Assembly (NCBI GenBank): GCA_964355925.1
Contig: CAYHFN010000012.1
Location: 11,949 to 75,948 of the forward strand
Reading direction: 5' to 3'
DNA length: 64,000 bases
Source: an uncultured Chitinophagaceae bacterium
GTDB taxonomy: Bacteria; Bacteroidota; Ignavibacteria; UBA10030; UBA8401
How positions within the stretch are numbered: position 1 is the stretch's first letter; each line of letters begins with the position of its first letter. The notes under the pieces were generated by a model that saw only the letters and a program-made list of their open reading frames with translations, searched no databases and was not told the DNA's origin. Positions 28,337-37,857 of the stretch are shown here, one piece after another. The position numbers were made by a program, and so were the translations under genes.

Positions 28337-30760
28337 ATGAACTATCGCCTTCTTTCTTTTCTTGTCATTATCTGTTGTCCTTTCATCTCAGCACAAACCC
28401 TTTCTCAGATCGAATCAAAACGGATAACACTTCCGAATGGCTGGAGTTTAACCCCGGCAGGGAAACAACTTCCGCTGGGAGATTTGCCGCTAAATATTGC
28501 AGTATCTACTTCGAAAAAGCTTCTCGCTGTGACAAATAATGGGCAGAGTAAACAATCAATTCAACTGATCGATGTCCGCACCCAAAAAATTCTTGATAAT
28601 ATTGAAATAGCAAAATCGTGGGTGGGTCTTGCTTTTAGCGACGACGATAAATTCCTCTACGCATCAGGTGGAAATGATAATTGGATATTGCGGTATGCAA
28701 TTGAAAAGAACAATCTCGTAGTACGGGATACCTTTATTCTTGGCGAAAAATGGCCCGAAAAAATTTCTCCAGCAGGAATTGCAATCGATGATAAAAGAGA
28801 TCTTCTCTACGTAGTGACAAAAGAAAATAATTCATTATATGTTGTAAATACAAAAACAAAAGCTGTTGTAAATCGTGTATCGATTGGCGGAGAAGGATAT
28901 ACATGTATTCTATCTTTCAATAAAAATGAGTTATATATCTCGTGCTGGGGATCGGATACCGTCCGAATATTTGATACCAAAACAATGATGTTCAGTCAAG
29001 CATTTGCTGTCGGTGATAATCCAAATGACCTATGCGTGACAAACAATGGCCAATTTCTTTTCGTTTCGAATGCAAACGATAATTCAGTTTCAGTGATCGA
29101 TCTTAAAAAACGAAGAGTGATAGAAACATTGAATGCCGCATTGTATCCCAATGCACCGAGCGGATCGACAACAAATAGTGTTGCACTCAGTGATGATAAT
29201 AAAACATTGTATATCGCTAACGCCGATAACAATTGTCTTGCATTGTTTGATGTTCGTTCCCCGGGTTTATCAAGAAGCATGGGATTCATACCAACCGGGT
29301 GGTATCCAACATCAGTACGAGTTGTCGGAAAGAATATTTTTGTTGCAAACGGAAAAGGACTCTCATCAATGGCAAATCCATATGGACCAAATCCGTACGG
29401 AAAGCGTCAAAAAGTTGCTTACCAACAAGGGGATTCGACAAAACCGATCGGTGTTCAATATATCGCAGGATTATTCCGAGGGTCATTAAGTGTAATTCCA
29501 ATTCCAAATGAAAAGCAGTTAACAATTTTTTCACAAGCAGTCTACCGAAATACTCCATACAAAAAAGAACAAGAAATACTTGCAAAAGGTGAAGAAGGAA
29601 ATCCAATTCCGCAGAAGGTTGGTGATCCCTCTCCCATCAAACATGTTTTTTATATCATCAAAGAGAATCGGACATATGATCAAGTACTGGGAGATATTGC
29701 TGAAGGGAACGGCGATACAAGTTTGGTATTGTTTGGAGAGAGAATAACACCGAATCAGCATGCTCTTGTAAAAGAATTTGTGCTGCTTGATAATTTTTAT
29801 GTTGACGGTGAAGTCAGCGCCGATGGACATAATTGGAGCACCGGTGCGTACGCGACAGATTATTTGGAGAAAACATGGCCGACAAGTTATGGCGGCAGAG
29901 GTGGAGGTTATGATGCGGAAGGGAATCGTGCTGCTGCAAACAATAAAAATTTTATCTGGGATATGTGTAAGAAGAACAATGTTTCCTATAGAACCTACGG
30001 TGAGTTTGCCGATAATAACAAACCGAATATTCCATCGCTTGCCGGGCACATTTGTCCCTATTTCACCGACTGGGATGAATCTGTTCGAGATACGACACGA
30101 TTTTTTCAATGGAAGCGTGAGTTTGATTCATTGCTGGCTGTGAACAGTGTTCCTCAGTTCAATACGATTCGGTTCATCAACGATCATACTGAGGGATTAC
30201 GAAAAAATAGGCCTTCACCATTTGCACACGTTGCTGACAATGACCTTGCGGTGGGAATGTTCATAGAATATTTAAGTAAAAGCTCCATCTGGAATGAAAG
30301 TGTTGTATTTATCGTTGAAGATGATGCACAGAATGGCCCTGACCATGTTGATGCACATCGCAGTCCGGCATATGTTGCAGGCGGATTGGTGAAACGAAAA
30401 TTTGTCGACCATACTCCGTACACAACATCATCAGTCTTGCGGACAATTGAACTTATTCTTGGACTTCCGCCAATGTCCCAATATGATGCTGCCGCAACGC
30501 CAATGTGGCGTTGTTTTACTGCTGAAGTGAATAACAAACCGTTCATATCGCTTCCGTCTAATATCGATTTAGATGAAATAAATATTGCCGTCAATGAATG
30601 GCAGCGCAAAAGTGAAGAATTCGATTTTACCATGGAAGACCGTGCACCCGATCAAGAGTTCAACGAAGTTCTATGGGTTGCGGTAAAAGGAGAAGGAGTT
30701 CCATTTCCGGCGATCAATCGCGCTGCGTTTGTTAGAGTTGAAGAAAATGACGAAGATTAG
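28337..30760 (+). CDS. secreted fusion of a YVTN-type beta-propeller and a phosphoesterase (PLC/AcpA family)
   Basis: The start at MNYRLLSFLVIICCPFISAQ gives a signal peptide. Propeller repeats are present (LYVVTKENNSLYVVN, LFVSNANDNSVSVID, LYIANADNNCLALFD). The phosphoesterase core has IKHVFYIIKENRTYDQVLGD, SADGHNWS, NDHT and EDDAQNGPDHVDAHRS. Confidence 0.7.
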   Translation: MNYRLLSFLVIICCPFISAQTLSQIESKRITLPNGWSLTPAGKQLPLGDLPLNIAVSTSKKLLAVTNNGQSKQSIQLIDVRTQKILDNIEIAKSWVGLAFSDDDKFLYASGGNDNWILRYAIEKNNLVVRDTFILGEKWPEKISPAGIAIDDKRDLLYVVTKENNSLYVVNTKTKAVVNRVSIGGEGYTCILSFNKNELYISCWGSDTVRIFDTKTMMFSQAFAVGDNPNDLCVTNNGQFLFVSNANDNSVSVIDLKKRRVIETLNAALYPNAPSGSTTNSVALSDDNKTLYIANADNNCLALFDVRSPGLSRSMGFIPTGWYPTSVRVVGKNIFVANGKGLSSMANPYGPNPYGKRQKVAYQQGDSTKPIGVQYIAGLFRGSLSVIPIPNEKQLTIFSQAVYRNTPYKKEQEILAKGEEGNPIPQKVGDPSPIKHVFYIIKENRTYDQVLGDIAEGNGDTSLVLFGERITPNQHALVKEFVLLDNFYVDGEVSADGHNWSTGAYATDYLEKTWPTSYGGRGGGYDAEGNRAAANNKNFIWDMCKKNNVSYRTYGEFADNNKPNIPSLAGHICPYFTDWDESVRDTTRFFQWKREFDSLLAVNSVPQFNTIRFINDHTEGLRKNRPSPFAHVADNDLAVGMFIEYLSKSSIWNESVVFIVEDDAQNGPDHVDAHRSPAYVAGGLVKRKFVDHTPYTTSSVLRTIELILGLPPMSQYDAAATPMWRCFTAEVNNKPFISLPSNIDLDEINIAVNEWQRKSEEFDFTMEDRAPDQEFNEVLWVAVKGEGVPFPAINRAAFVRVEENDED

Positions 30761-30795
30761 ACAAGCGTTGTTTGATATTTCATTTGACTGATTCC

Positions 30796-31590
30796 ATGAA
30801 TAGAAAATATATCTTACTACTATCTTCAATTATTATTCTATTTGGAATTATTTTTGGGCAATATAAACAGGATCCGCCGGAAAATAATGTTCAAAACAGA
30901 ACAATCCTTCCGGATGAAATCTATCATGATGGCGAACTTGAAGTTTATACTTTTAAGCAATTTGACATGACTATTGTGTCGATCCATGGTAATATCAATT
31001 TCATCTACGAACCGTTCAATGCAAAACCATTTGGCGAGCTAACAAAAGAAAATGGTTTTCGCTATACCATAAACTCAACATATTTTGCCGGATCGAATAT
31101 TAATGCAACGCACTGCGGATGGTTGAAGATGTATGGAAATAAAATTATTTCAAAAAAAATAAATGATGCACAGATCAAATATATTGTTCAGTATAATAAG
31201 CATAATAAAAAGATTCATTTTTTTTATTATGAAGATTTCATTACTACAGATGATAGTAATTCGCTTGAATTTCAAACCGGACCAATGGTTGTTGAAAGTG
31301 ATTCGTTGTCAGTGCAGTCCATAGCATCATCAATCAATGGAATGAGAAAAGCATCTAGAACACTTTTGGCATCGACGGATCATGAGAATATATACTTTAT
31401 CACAGTTCGAGCATCTGTACAGCTTCAAGAGATTGGGAATTTCCTTCGGTCATTATCGATTTTTGATAAAAAGAAGTTAGATATTATTAATTTTGATGGT
31501 GGTCCCTCGACTGCGTTATATTCAAAGAATATTTCTAAAATAAACTACAACACAAAATCTCGATTACCGTTTCTTTTGGGTGTTCAATAA
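30796..31590 (+). CDS. phosphodiester glycosidase family protein (DUF2233/NAGPA-like)
   Basis: The start at MNRKYILLLSSIIILFGII gives a TM or signal segment. INSTYFAG, QTGPMVVE, RTLLAST..ENIYFITV and INFDGGPSTALY fit the family pattern. Confidence 0.55.
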   Translation: MNRKYILLLSSIIILFGIIFGQYKQDPPENNVQNRTILPDEIYHDGELEVYTFKQFDMTIVSIHGNINFIYEPFNAKPFGELTKENGFRYTINSTYFAGSNINATHCGWLKMYGNKIISKKINDAQIKYIVQYNKHNKKIHFFYYEDFITTDDSNSLEFQTGPMVVESDSLSVQSIASSINGMRKASRTLLASTDHENIYFITVRASVQLQEIGNFLRSLSIFDKKKLDIINFDGGPSTALYSKNISKINYNTKSRLPFLLGVQ

Positions 31591-31749
31591 CGGACGAATA
31601 GTCGATCAATCATAGTTGATAAAAATTCTGAGTCAACAGAATCGTGTTGTGCAGTAATTGCTCTCTAGCGTTTTGTTAAACCTTCTCAACCTACACCAGA
31701 TTTCTCATTTCCCGAACCAAATACGCTTGTTTTCGATATCATTTTTTTC

Positions 31750-31778
31750 TTGACTCTACGGTTTGGCAAGTCTATATT
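31750..31778 (+). promoter_or_regulatory. candidate sigma-70-type promoter of the M20/cyanophycinase operon
   Basis: TTGACT, a 17-nt spacer, then TATATT, about 50 nt upstream of the ATG at 31829, within a 238-bp intergenic region. Confidence 0.35.
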
Positions 31779-31828
31779 TATCGTGAAACAAGTTTCTCAT
31801 AAACGATATATAAAGAGAATTTAATTAC

Positions 31829-32944
31829 ATGAAAACCCCTCTTGTTGATCTCTTCCTAAATGCAATAAAGGTAGATTCACAATCGCTAAACGAACAGGCA
31901 ATGGCACGTTATGTTCGCGAGACATTGTACGATTTTCCGGTAACGATAACAGAAGACGGAACCGGTAAAAAAATTAATGGCAATACAGGAAATCTCATCT
32001 GTGTGCCGGAACATTTCAATCAGGGTGAACCTGCAATTGCCTTGTTTGCACACCTCGACACTCCTCGTTCGACAAAAAATGTCTCACCACGTGTTACCGA
32101 CACCATGATCACAAGCGATGGAACGACGATCCTCGGTGTTGACAATAGGGCGGGAACATCAATACTCTTGAATCTTTTGCAAAATAGTTCGAACAATAAA
32201 TTCAATGCAAACTTCATCGTTGTCTTCACCGTTGCCGAAGAGATCGGATTATTCGGTTCAATGCATGTCGATCTCACACCATACAATGTGAAAATGGGAT
32301 TTGTTTTTGATTGTTCGAAAAGACCCGGTACGTTCATCCGTGCAGCAGTAGGATGTTCGTTGTATCAATCTGCATTTATCGGCAAATCCTCCCACGCAGC
32401 AGTCGCTCCTGAGCAAGGAATAAATTCCATACACATTGCAGCCAAGGCTTTAAGTAAGATTCAGATCGGACGTCATTCATCATCGATGACATCGAACATT
32501 GGGATGATTTCCGGAGGAGAAGCAACAAATGTTGTTCCTGACCGATGTCTTGTGGAAGGTGAAGTACGTTCATTCGATCCCGCTGCAATTGATAAGCATC
32601 TGGATGAATTGGAAGCACTATTTAATAATGTTGCAAAAGAAAACGGCGGTACTATTGAGTTTGCATCAAAGATAGATTTTGCGCCGTTCTCGCTTTCTCA
32701 GGATGACCAGGTAATGAAAGTAACATCGAAAGTTCTTCAGCACATCGGTCTGACACCAAATCCCATAGAGTATGTTGGCGGAAGTGATGCAAACATGCTC
32801 AATGCCAAAGGGATCCCGACGGTGAATCTCGGCATCGGTGCTCAGAAACCGCACTCGAATGAAGAATTTATTCTTATTGAGGACTTGAAAAAATCAGCAG
32901 AATTTGCTAACGCTCTGATCAATCACAGTGAGTTTGTTGACTAG
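31829..32944 (+). CDS. M20-family metallopeptidase (PepT/dipeptidase-like), cytoplasmic
   Basis: No signal peptide. Metal and catalytic motifs are AHLDT, DNRAG and AEEIGLFGS, plus a C-terminal GGSDAN. Confidence 0.7.
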   Translation: MKTPLVDLFLNAIKVDSQSLNEQAMARYVRETLYDFPVTITEDGTGKKINGNTGNLICVPEHFNQGEPAIALFAHLDTPRSTKNVSPRVTDTMITSDGTTILGVDNRAGTSILLNLLQNSSNNKFNANFIVVFTVAEEIGLFGSMHVDLTPYNVKMGFVFDCSKRPGTFIRAAVGCSLYQSAFIGKSSHAAVAPEQGINSIHIAAKALSKIQIGRHSSSMTSNIGMISGGEATNVVPDRCLVEGEVRSFDPAAIDKHLDELEALFNNVAKENGGTIEFASKIDFAPFSLSQDDQVMKVTSKVLQHIGLTPNPIEYVGGSDANMLNAKGIPTVNLGIGAQKPHSNEEFILIEDLKKSAEFANALINHSEFVD

Positions 32945-32954
32945 CCAAAAAATT

Positions 32955-33830
32955 ATGAAAAAAGTACATCTGGTCTTTTTACTCTTTTTGCTGCTGACTG
33001 TAACAGCTGAGTCTGCTGCACCGAAAGGGCATCTCTTTATTATTGGTGGAGGTAAGCGGTCGCCTGAGATGATGAAACAGTTCGTTGAGTTAGCAGGGGG
33101 ACCGGAAAAAGCCCGGATTGTTGTGTTCCCTATGGCAAGCGGTATCGCTGATACGGTTGGTATTGAACAAACAGCATCATTTCGCGAACTCGGCGCAAAG
33201 AATTCAGAATTTATGATTCTTCGCCATGATCAGGCTGACTCCATCGAATATGTGAATCGTTTGACCGGTGTGACTGGTATTTTCTTTTCAGGAGGAGATC
33301 AATCCCGTTTAACGAAAGCACTTGCCGGAACGGCAGTGCTTCGAAAAATTAAGGAATTGTATACAGCCGGTGCAGTCATTGGTGGAACAAGTGCAGGTGC
33401 AGCAGTGATGAGTGCGATGATGATCACCGGAAAGGAATTGCTGCATCGTGATACGGTGAATGCATACACAGCGATCAAAGCACATAATATAGAAACTGTC
33501 GAAGGTTTTGGATTTATCAGCAATGCAATCGTCGATCAGCATTTCATTAAACGAAAACGCCACAACCGTTTGCTAAGTCTCGTTTTGGAACATCCGCAAC
33601 TTATTGGAATTGGAATTGACGAAGCAACTGCGATTATTGTAAATCCAGACGAAACGTTCACTGTTATCGGAGACGCAACGGTATTGGTTGTTGACGCTAC
33701 GAGATCGACGCAGGTCCGAACAAATACTAAAGGAGATCTCAGTGCCGGAAATATGTCATTGCACTTGTTGATGGCAGGAGACAGCTTTAATTTGAAGAGC
33801 CGAAAAATAATTCCGCGAAAGGTGAAATGA
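32955..33830 (+). CDS. cyanophycinase (peptidase S51, CphB/CphE-type) with Sec signal peptide
   Basis: The start at MKKVHLVFLLFLLLTVTAESA gives a signal peptide. Motifs are LFIIGGG, GIFFSGGDQSRL, the nucleophile motif GGTSAGAAVMS, and VDQHFIKRKRHNRL (DQHF-x2-R-x-R-x2-R). Confidence 0.8.
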   Translation: MKKVHLVFLLFLLLTVTAESAAPKGHLFIIGGGKRSPEMMKQFVELAGGPEKARIVVFPMASGIADTVGIEQTASFRELGAKNSEFMILRHDQADSIEYVNRLTGVTGIFFSGGDQSRLTKALAGTAVLRKIKELYTAGAVIGGTSAGAAVMSAMMITGKELLHRDTVNAYTAIKAHNIETVEGFGFISNAIVDQHFIKRKRHNRLLSLVLEHPQLIGIGIDEATAIIVNPDETFTVIGDATVLVVDATRSTQVRTNTKGDLSAGNMSLHLLMAGDSFNLKSRKIIPRKVK

Positions 33831-35218
33831 AAACAAACAAATCATTCAATACGCTGGTGATGATCTTTTCTGTTGTTACATTGGCGGCTGTTGCAACGTG
33901 GCTTTTGCCCGGTGGTGAATATGCACGCGAGATCAAGAACGGAAAAACGCTTGTCGTTCCAAATTCGTTCACATACATCTCTAGTCAACCACAAGGGATT
34001 GGAGCACTATTAATTTCCCCAATCAAAGGATTTATTCAGGCGGCAAATATCATCGTTTTTTTATTTGTCATCGGCGGCGCATTCATGATCATTCAAAAGA
34101 CCGGAGCAGTTACCGTTTCCGTACAGCGCATGGCGTTCACGTTTTCACAAAAACCGCATTTACAGAAGTTCTTTATTCCAGTGACGATGACCATTTTTTC
34201 GATCGGCGGAGCTATCTTTGGAAGTTCCGAAGAGACATTGCCGTTCATCGTTATCTTCATCATGCTTTCGATTTCGCTCGGATATGATTCGCTCGTCGGA
34301 ACAGCAATTCCATTCCTTGGAACAGCAGCAGGATTTGCCGGATCTGTTCTGAATCCATTCACCGTTGGCATTGCGCAGAGCATTGCGGAACTTCCGCTCT
34401 ATTCCGGGATCGAGTTCAGGATCATCATCTGGTTGATCAGCACCGTTTCCATGATCGTTTTCGTATCTCGATACGCTTCCAAAGTGAAAGCCGATCCAAC
34501 AAAAAGCTTGGTGTATGATCTCGATCAGGAGCGAAAGCAGTCGCTGCATCTCGTCAACAATACTTTGATAGCTTTTACGCGATCACATGGTTATGTCCTA
34601 CTCACATTCGGAGCCGCCATGATTTTTCTCATTGTCGGCATTCTAAAATTTGGGTGGTACATCAATGAGATCGGAGCGCTCTTTTTAGGACTTGGCATCG
34701 TTTGCGGATTCATGGGGAAATTATCACTGACAGAAATGACAGACGGCTTTCGTGAAGGTGCGCGTGATATGGTCGGCGTTGCGTTGATCATCGGCTGCGC
34801 TCGGGCAATTCTGGTGATTGCCACCGATGGAAAAATTTTGGATCTGATGCTGTATTCACTTGCAAGTATGATCAACGGCCTTCATCCTGTCTTTGCCGCT
34901 CAATCAATGTTCGTGATGCAATGTGTCATCAATTTTTTTGTTCATTCTGCCTCAGGTCAAGCAATGTTGACAATGCCGATCATGGCGCCGCTCGCCGATG
35001 TGGTAGGAATATCCAGACAGATAGCCGTGCTTGCATTTCAATTCGGCGAAGGGTGGATCAATCCGATCTTGCCAACATCGGGTGTGACGATGGGTGTGTT
35101 GGGATTGGCAAATATTTCATGGTCAAAATGGTTCCGCTGGATGCTTCCGGTACAAATTTATTTTTTTGTTGTCGCATTAAGCCTTTTGGCGGTTGCATAC
35201 TTTATCAATTACCAATGA
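33827..35218 (+). CDS. YfcC/DcuC-type (C4-dicarboxylate anaerobic carrier fold) permease
   Basis: 463 aa and polytopic. The N-terminus TWLLPGGEY......VVPNSF.Y....PQGI......PIKGF..AANIIVFLFVIGGAF.IIQKTGA is typical of YfcC. It overlaps the cyanophycinase stop codon by 4 nt. Confidence 0.75.
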   Translation: MKTNKSFNTLVMIFSVVTLAAVATWLLPGGEYAREIKNGKTLVVPNSFTYISSQPQGIGALLISPIKGFIQAANIIVFLFVIGGAFMIIQKTGAVTVSVQRMAFTFSQKPHLQKFFIPVTMTIFSIGGAIFGSSEETLPFIVIFIMLSISLGYDSLVGTAIPFLGTAAGFAGSVLNPFTVGIAQSIAELPLYSGIEFRIIIWLISTVSMIVFVSRYASKVKADPTKSLVYDLDQERKQSLHLVNNTLIAFTRSHGYVLLTFGAAMIFLIVGILKFGWYINEIGALFLGLGIVCGFMGKLSLTEMTDGFREGARDMVGVALIIGCARAILVIATDGKILDLMLYSLASMINGLHPVFAAQSMFVMQCVINFFVHSASGQAMLTMPIMAPLADVVGISRQIAVLAFQFGEGWINPILPTSGVTMGVLGLANISWSKWFRWMLPVQIYFFVVALSLLAVAYFINYQ

Positions 35219-35269
35219 TACCGAAGAGTGATCACTATATTTGAATTTCACCGTAAGGAAAGGGTCTGT

Positions 35270-37816
35270 ATGAGAGAGTCCATTCACTATCTATTTCTTT
35301 CCGTGCTTCTGGTTGTCTCCATCGCTGTTGGCGGCACAACAGGAAAGCTTGCAGGGCGGATTACTGACCGGCAGACAGGCGAAGCGATTGTCGGTGCTAA
35401 TGTGATGATCACATCGGTGAAACCTGCGATCGGCACCGTAACGGATCCGGACGGGTATTATTTTATCATCAACCTACCCCCAGAAAATTATGAAGCCGCC
35501 GTGAGTTTTATCGGATATACACGTGTGACTCAGCGTATCTCGATCAAAGTTGATCAAACGACCGATTTCAATGCTGCCATGGTTTCGGAGACTGTTAAAG
35601 CGGACGAAGTTGTTGTTGTTGGAGAACGCACAGTAATTCAACGTGATCAAAGTTCGACTGTCCAGCGCACAAGTGCGGAAGATCTTTCAGTGATGCCTGT
35701 AAACACCATTGCAGGGGTGCTTCAGCTTCAGACGGGTGTCGTCAACACCGGAGCGTTGCATATTCGCGGTGGACGTGCCGGTGAAGTTGGATATTATCTT
35801 GACGGATATAGGATCGAAGATCCACTATTCAATAATGCTGTTCTGGAGATCAATAACGAAGCGATACAGGAAATGGAACTGTTGTCCGGAACCTTTAACG
35901 CAGAATATGGAAACGCACTTTCAGGAGTGGTGAATGTTGTGACAAAAGAAAATAGCGATCAATACCGCGGACGTCTGCTCTATAAAAGAACGAATGTTGG
36001 GATTGAAGCACCGAGCAATAATTTGAACGAACGTCAAATTGAAGGGACGGTCAGCGGTCCGGTCTGGAGCGATCTTCCTTTAGGATTTTTGATCTCCGGG
36101 AAGAAAGTCGATGCCGATAACTATTATTTTTCGGGATTGACGCAGACAGCGGGTGGTCTTAACAAGACAATAGAATTTTCTAAAAACAAACCTTTTGGAT
36201 TCAATGATCAACTGTCCACAGTTGGGAAACTATCGTGGGTCCCGTTTGGTTCTGCCAAGGTTACGCTTCTTGATAATTATTCAAAACGGAAACGTCGATC
36301 ATACAGTCATTCCATGCGGTTCATTCCAGACAGCACCTACATCACGAATACCGAGAGCAATCTTCTCGGATTGGATTTCCGACATGCACTTTCCAACGAT
36401 CTGTTCTACGATGTTCGCATTTCGTACTATCAATACAGTTATCTGCGCAATGTGGATGGCCGGTCACCCTCTCAATACACACGCGCGTTGTTCACTACAT
36501 TTACGAACACGTTGTTCTATCAGAATATGTCCTCCTCGGTGTATGAAGATCAAAAGACAAAATCTTATTCCTTGAAAGGGGATATGACATGGCAGTTAAA
36601 CAGATTCAACCTTGTTAAAACTGGTATCGAGTTGAAAGCGAACGATCTAGACTACTACTATAATAGTAATCCGGTGAATCCTACCGATCAGATAATCAAC
36701 ATCTATCGGAAGAAACCTTTTGAAGGTGCGGGATATATTCAGGACAAAATTGAATTTGAAACTATCGTTCTGAATCTGGGATTACGATTCGATGCGTTTG
36801 ACGCTGCAACGTCATATCCAAAAGATCCTTTTAATCCCACCAATCCTTCGTTAACGCCGTTGAAAACTGAGATACAATCCATGCTCAGTCCGCGTGTTGG
36901 GATTGCATATCCTGTCCGGGATAATATGGTGTTTCATTTCACGTATGGACAGTTCTTCCAACGACCGGAATATCAAACACTCTATAATAATCTGGAACGA
37001 GCATTTGCAAACCGCGGTACAACATTGTTCGGATCACCAACGCTGGAACCTCAAAAGACTTCGAGCTATGAAATTGGAATCATGACAACGTTGAGTGAGG
37101 GTACCACGACCCAGGTGACATTCTTCAGCAAGAAGATCGAAAACCTGATCGGCGTAGCATGGATCTATCTGCCGCACGCATATGCATTTTATGTCAATGA
37201 AGATTTTGCAACCGTAAAAGGATTTGAATTATCAACAAAGACGAGACTTGAGAATATTTCGTTTGCCGTGAATTATACGTTCTCCGTTGCCAAAGGAAGT
37301 TCGTCATCACAACAAGAACGGTATACGAGTGTCTATAATATTGTCGGCGTTCAATCACTCCGCTTTCTTCCGCTTGATTTTGATCAACGACATACTGCCA
37401 ATGCACAACTTGCACTCGATTTTGGAAAAGACGACGGTCCATTTGGAATATTGCCGGAAGTGTTTGAAAGAACAACATTTAATTTTATTGGACAATATGG
37501 AAGCGGTCTGCCGTACACATTCAATCCTGCACGTTCTATCTATGTGCCGGAACAGAATAATTCCCGTCTCCCCGGAACGTTTACCGTTGATCTATTTGCA
37601 CGAAAGGCGTTTACGTTTGGTCCTGTTCAGTTTGGTGTGTTCTTTGATGTGAGAAATCTGCTTAATCGAAAAAATGTTAACTCCGTCTATTCGGCGACCG
37701 GATCTCCGGTTTTTTCAGGTGACGAATCGGTAAAATCTACTCCCGATTGGCAGCAAGACCCGACAAACTATTCTTCGCCAAGAACAATTTACGTTGGCGT
37801 TGACATTGGATTGTAA
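35270..37816 (+). CDS. TonB-dependent receptor with N-terminal carboxypeptidase-regulatory-like domain
   Basis: I chose the start at MRESIHYLFLSVLLVVSIAVG. GRITD..TGEAIVGANV is CarboxypepD_reg-like. The plug region has VVVVGER...SAEDL and HIRGGRAGEVGYYLDG. A long beta-barrel follows. Confidence 0.8.
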   Translation: MRESIHYLFLSVLLVVSIAVGGTTGKLAGRITDRQTGEAIVGANVMITSVKPAIGTVTDPDGYYFIINLPPENYEAAVSFIGYTRVTQRISIKVDQTTDFNAAMVSETVKADEVVVVGERTVIQRDQSSTVQRTSAEDLSVMPVNTIAGVLQLQTGVVNTGALHIRGGRAGEVGYYLDGYRIEDPLFNNAVLEINNEAIQEMELLSGTFNAEYGNALSGVVNVVTKENSDQYRGRLLYKRTNVGIEAPSNNLNERQIEGTVSGPVWSDLPLGFLISGKKVDADNYYFSGLTQTAGGLNKTIEFSKNKPFGFNDQLSTVGKLSWVPFGSAKVTLLDNYSKRKRRSYSHSMRFIPDSTYITNTESNLLGLDFRHALSNDLFYDVRISYYQYSYLRNVDGRSPSQYTRALFTTFTNTLFYQNMSSSVYEDQKTKSYSLKGDMTWQLNRFNLVKTGIELKANDLDYYYNSNPVNPTDQIINIYRKKPFEGAGYIQDKIEFETIVLNLGLRFDAFDAATSYPKDPFNPTNPSLTPLKTEIQSMLSPRVGIAYPVRDNMVFHFTYGQFFQRPEYQTLYNNLERAFANRGTTLFGSPTLEPQKTSSYEIGIMTTLSEGTTTQVTFFSKKIENLIGVAWIYLPHAYAFYVNEDFATVKGFELSTKTRLENISFAVNYTFSVAKGSSSSQQERYTSVYNIVGVQSLRFLPLDFDQRHTANAQLALDFGKDDGPFGILPEVFERTTFNFIGQYGSGLPYTFNPARSIYVPEQNNSRLPGTFTVDLFARKAFTFGPVQFGVFFDVRNLLNRKNVNSVYSATGSPVFSGDESVKSTPDWQQDPTNYSSPRTIYVGVDIGL

Positions 37817-37857
37817 AATATTTGGAAGAGCCTTCTTTATAAAGGAGAAAGAGATTT

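Noticed and set aside
29531-30109. 192-aa minus-strand ORF, and the similar antisense ORFs at 30184-30633, 39775-40236, 41813-42400, 44603-45076 and 58710-59177
   Set aside because: Each lies entirely antisense to a long ORF with clear family motifs. Their compositions are low-complexity and Cys/Ile/Arg-rich, and none has a recognisable domain. They are shadow ORFs.
31761-31778. TGGCAA at 31764 as a possible second sigma-54 promoter upstream of the M20/cyanophycinase operon
   Set aside because: The downstream element lacks the TTGC/-12 GC at the required spacing (TGGCAAgtctaTATTT). The region fits a sigma-70 TTGACT-N17-TATATT arrangement better.
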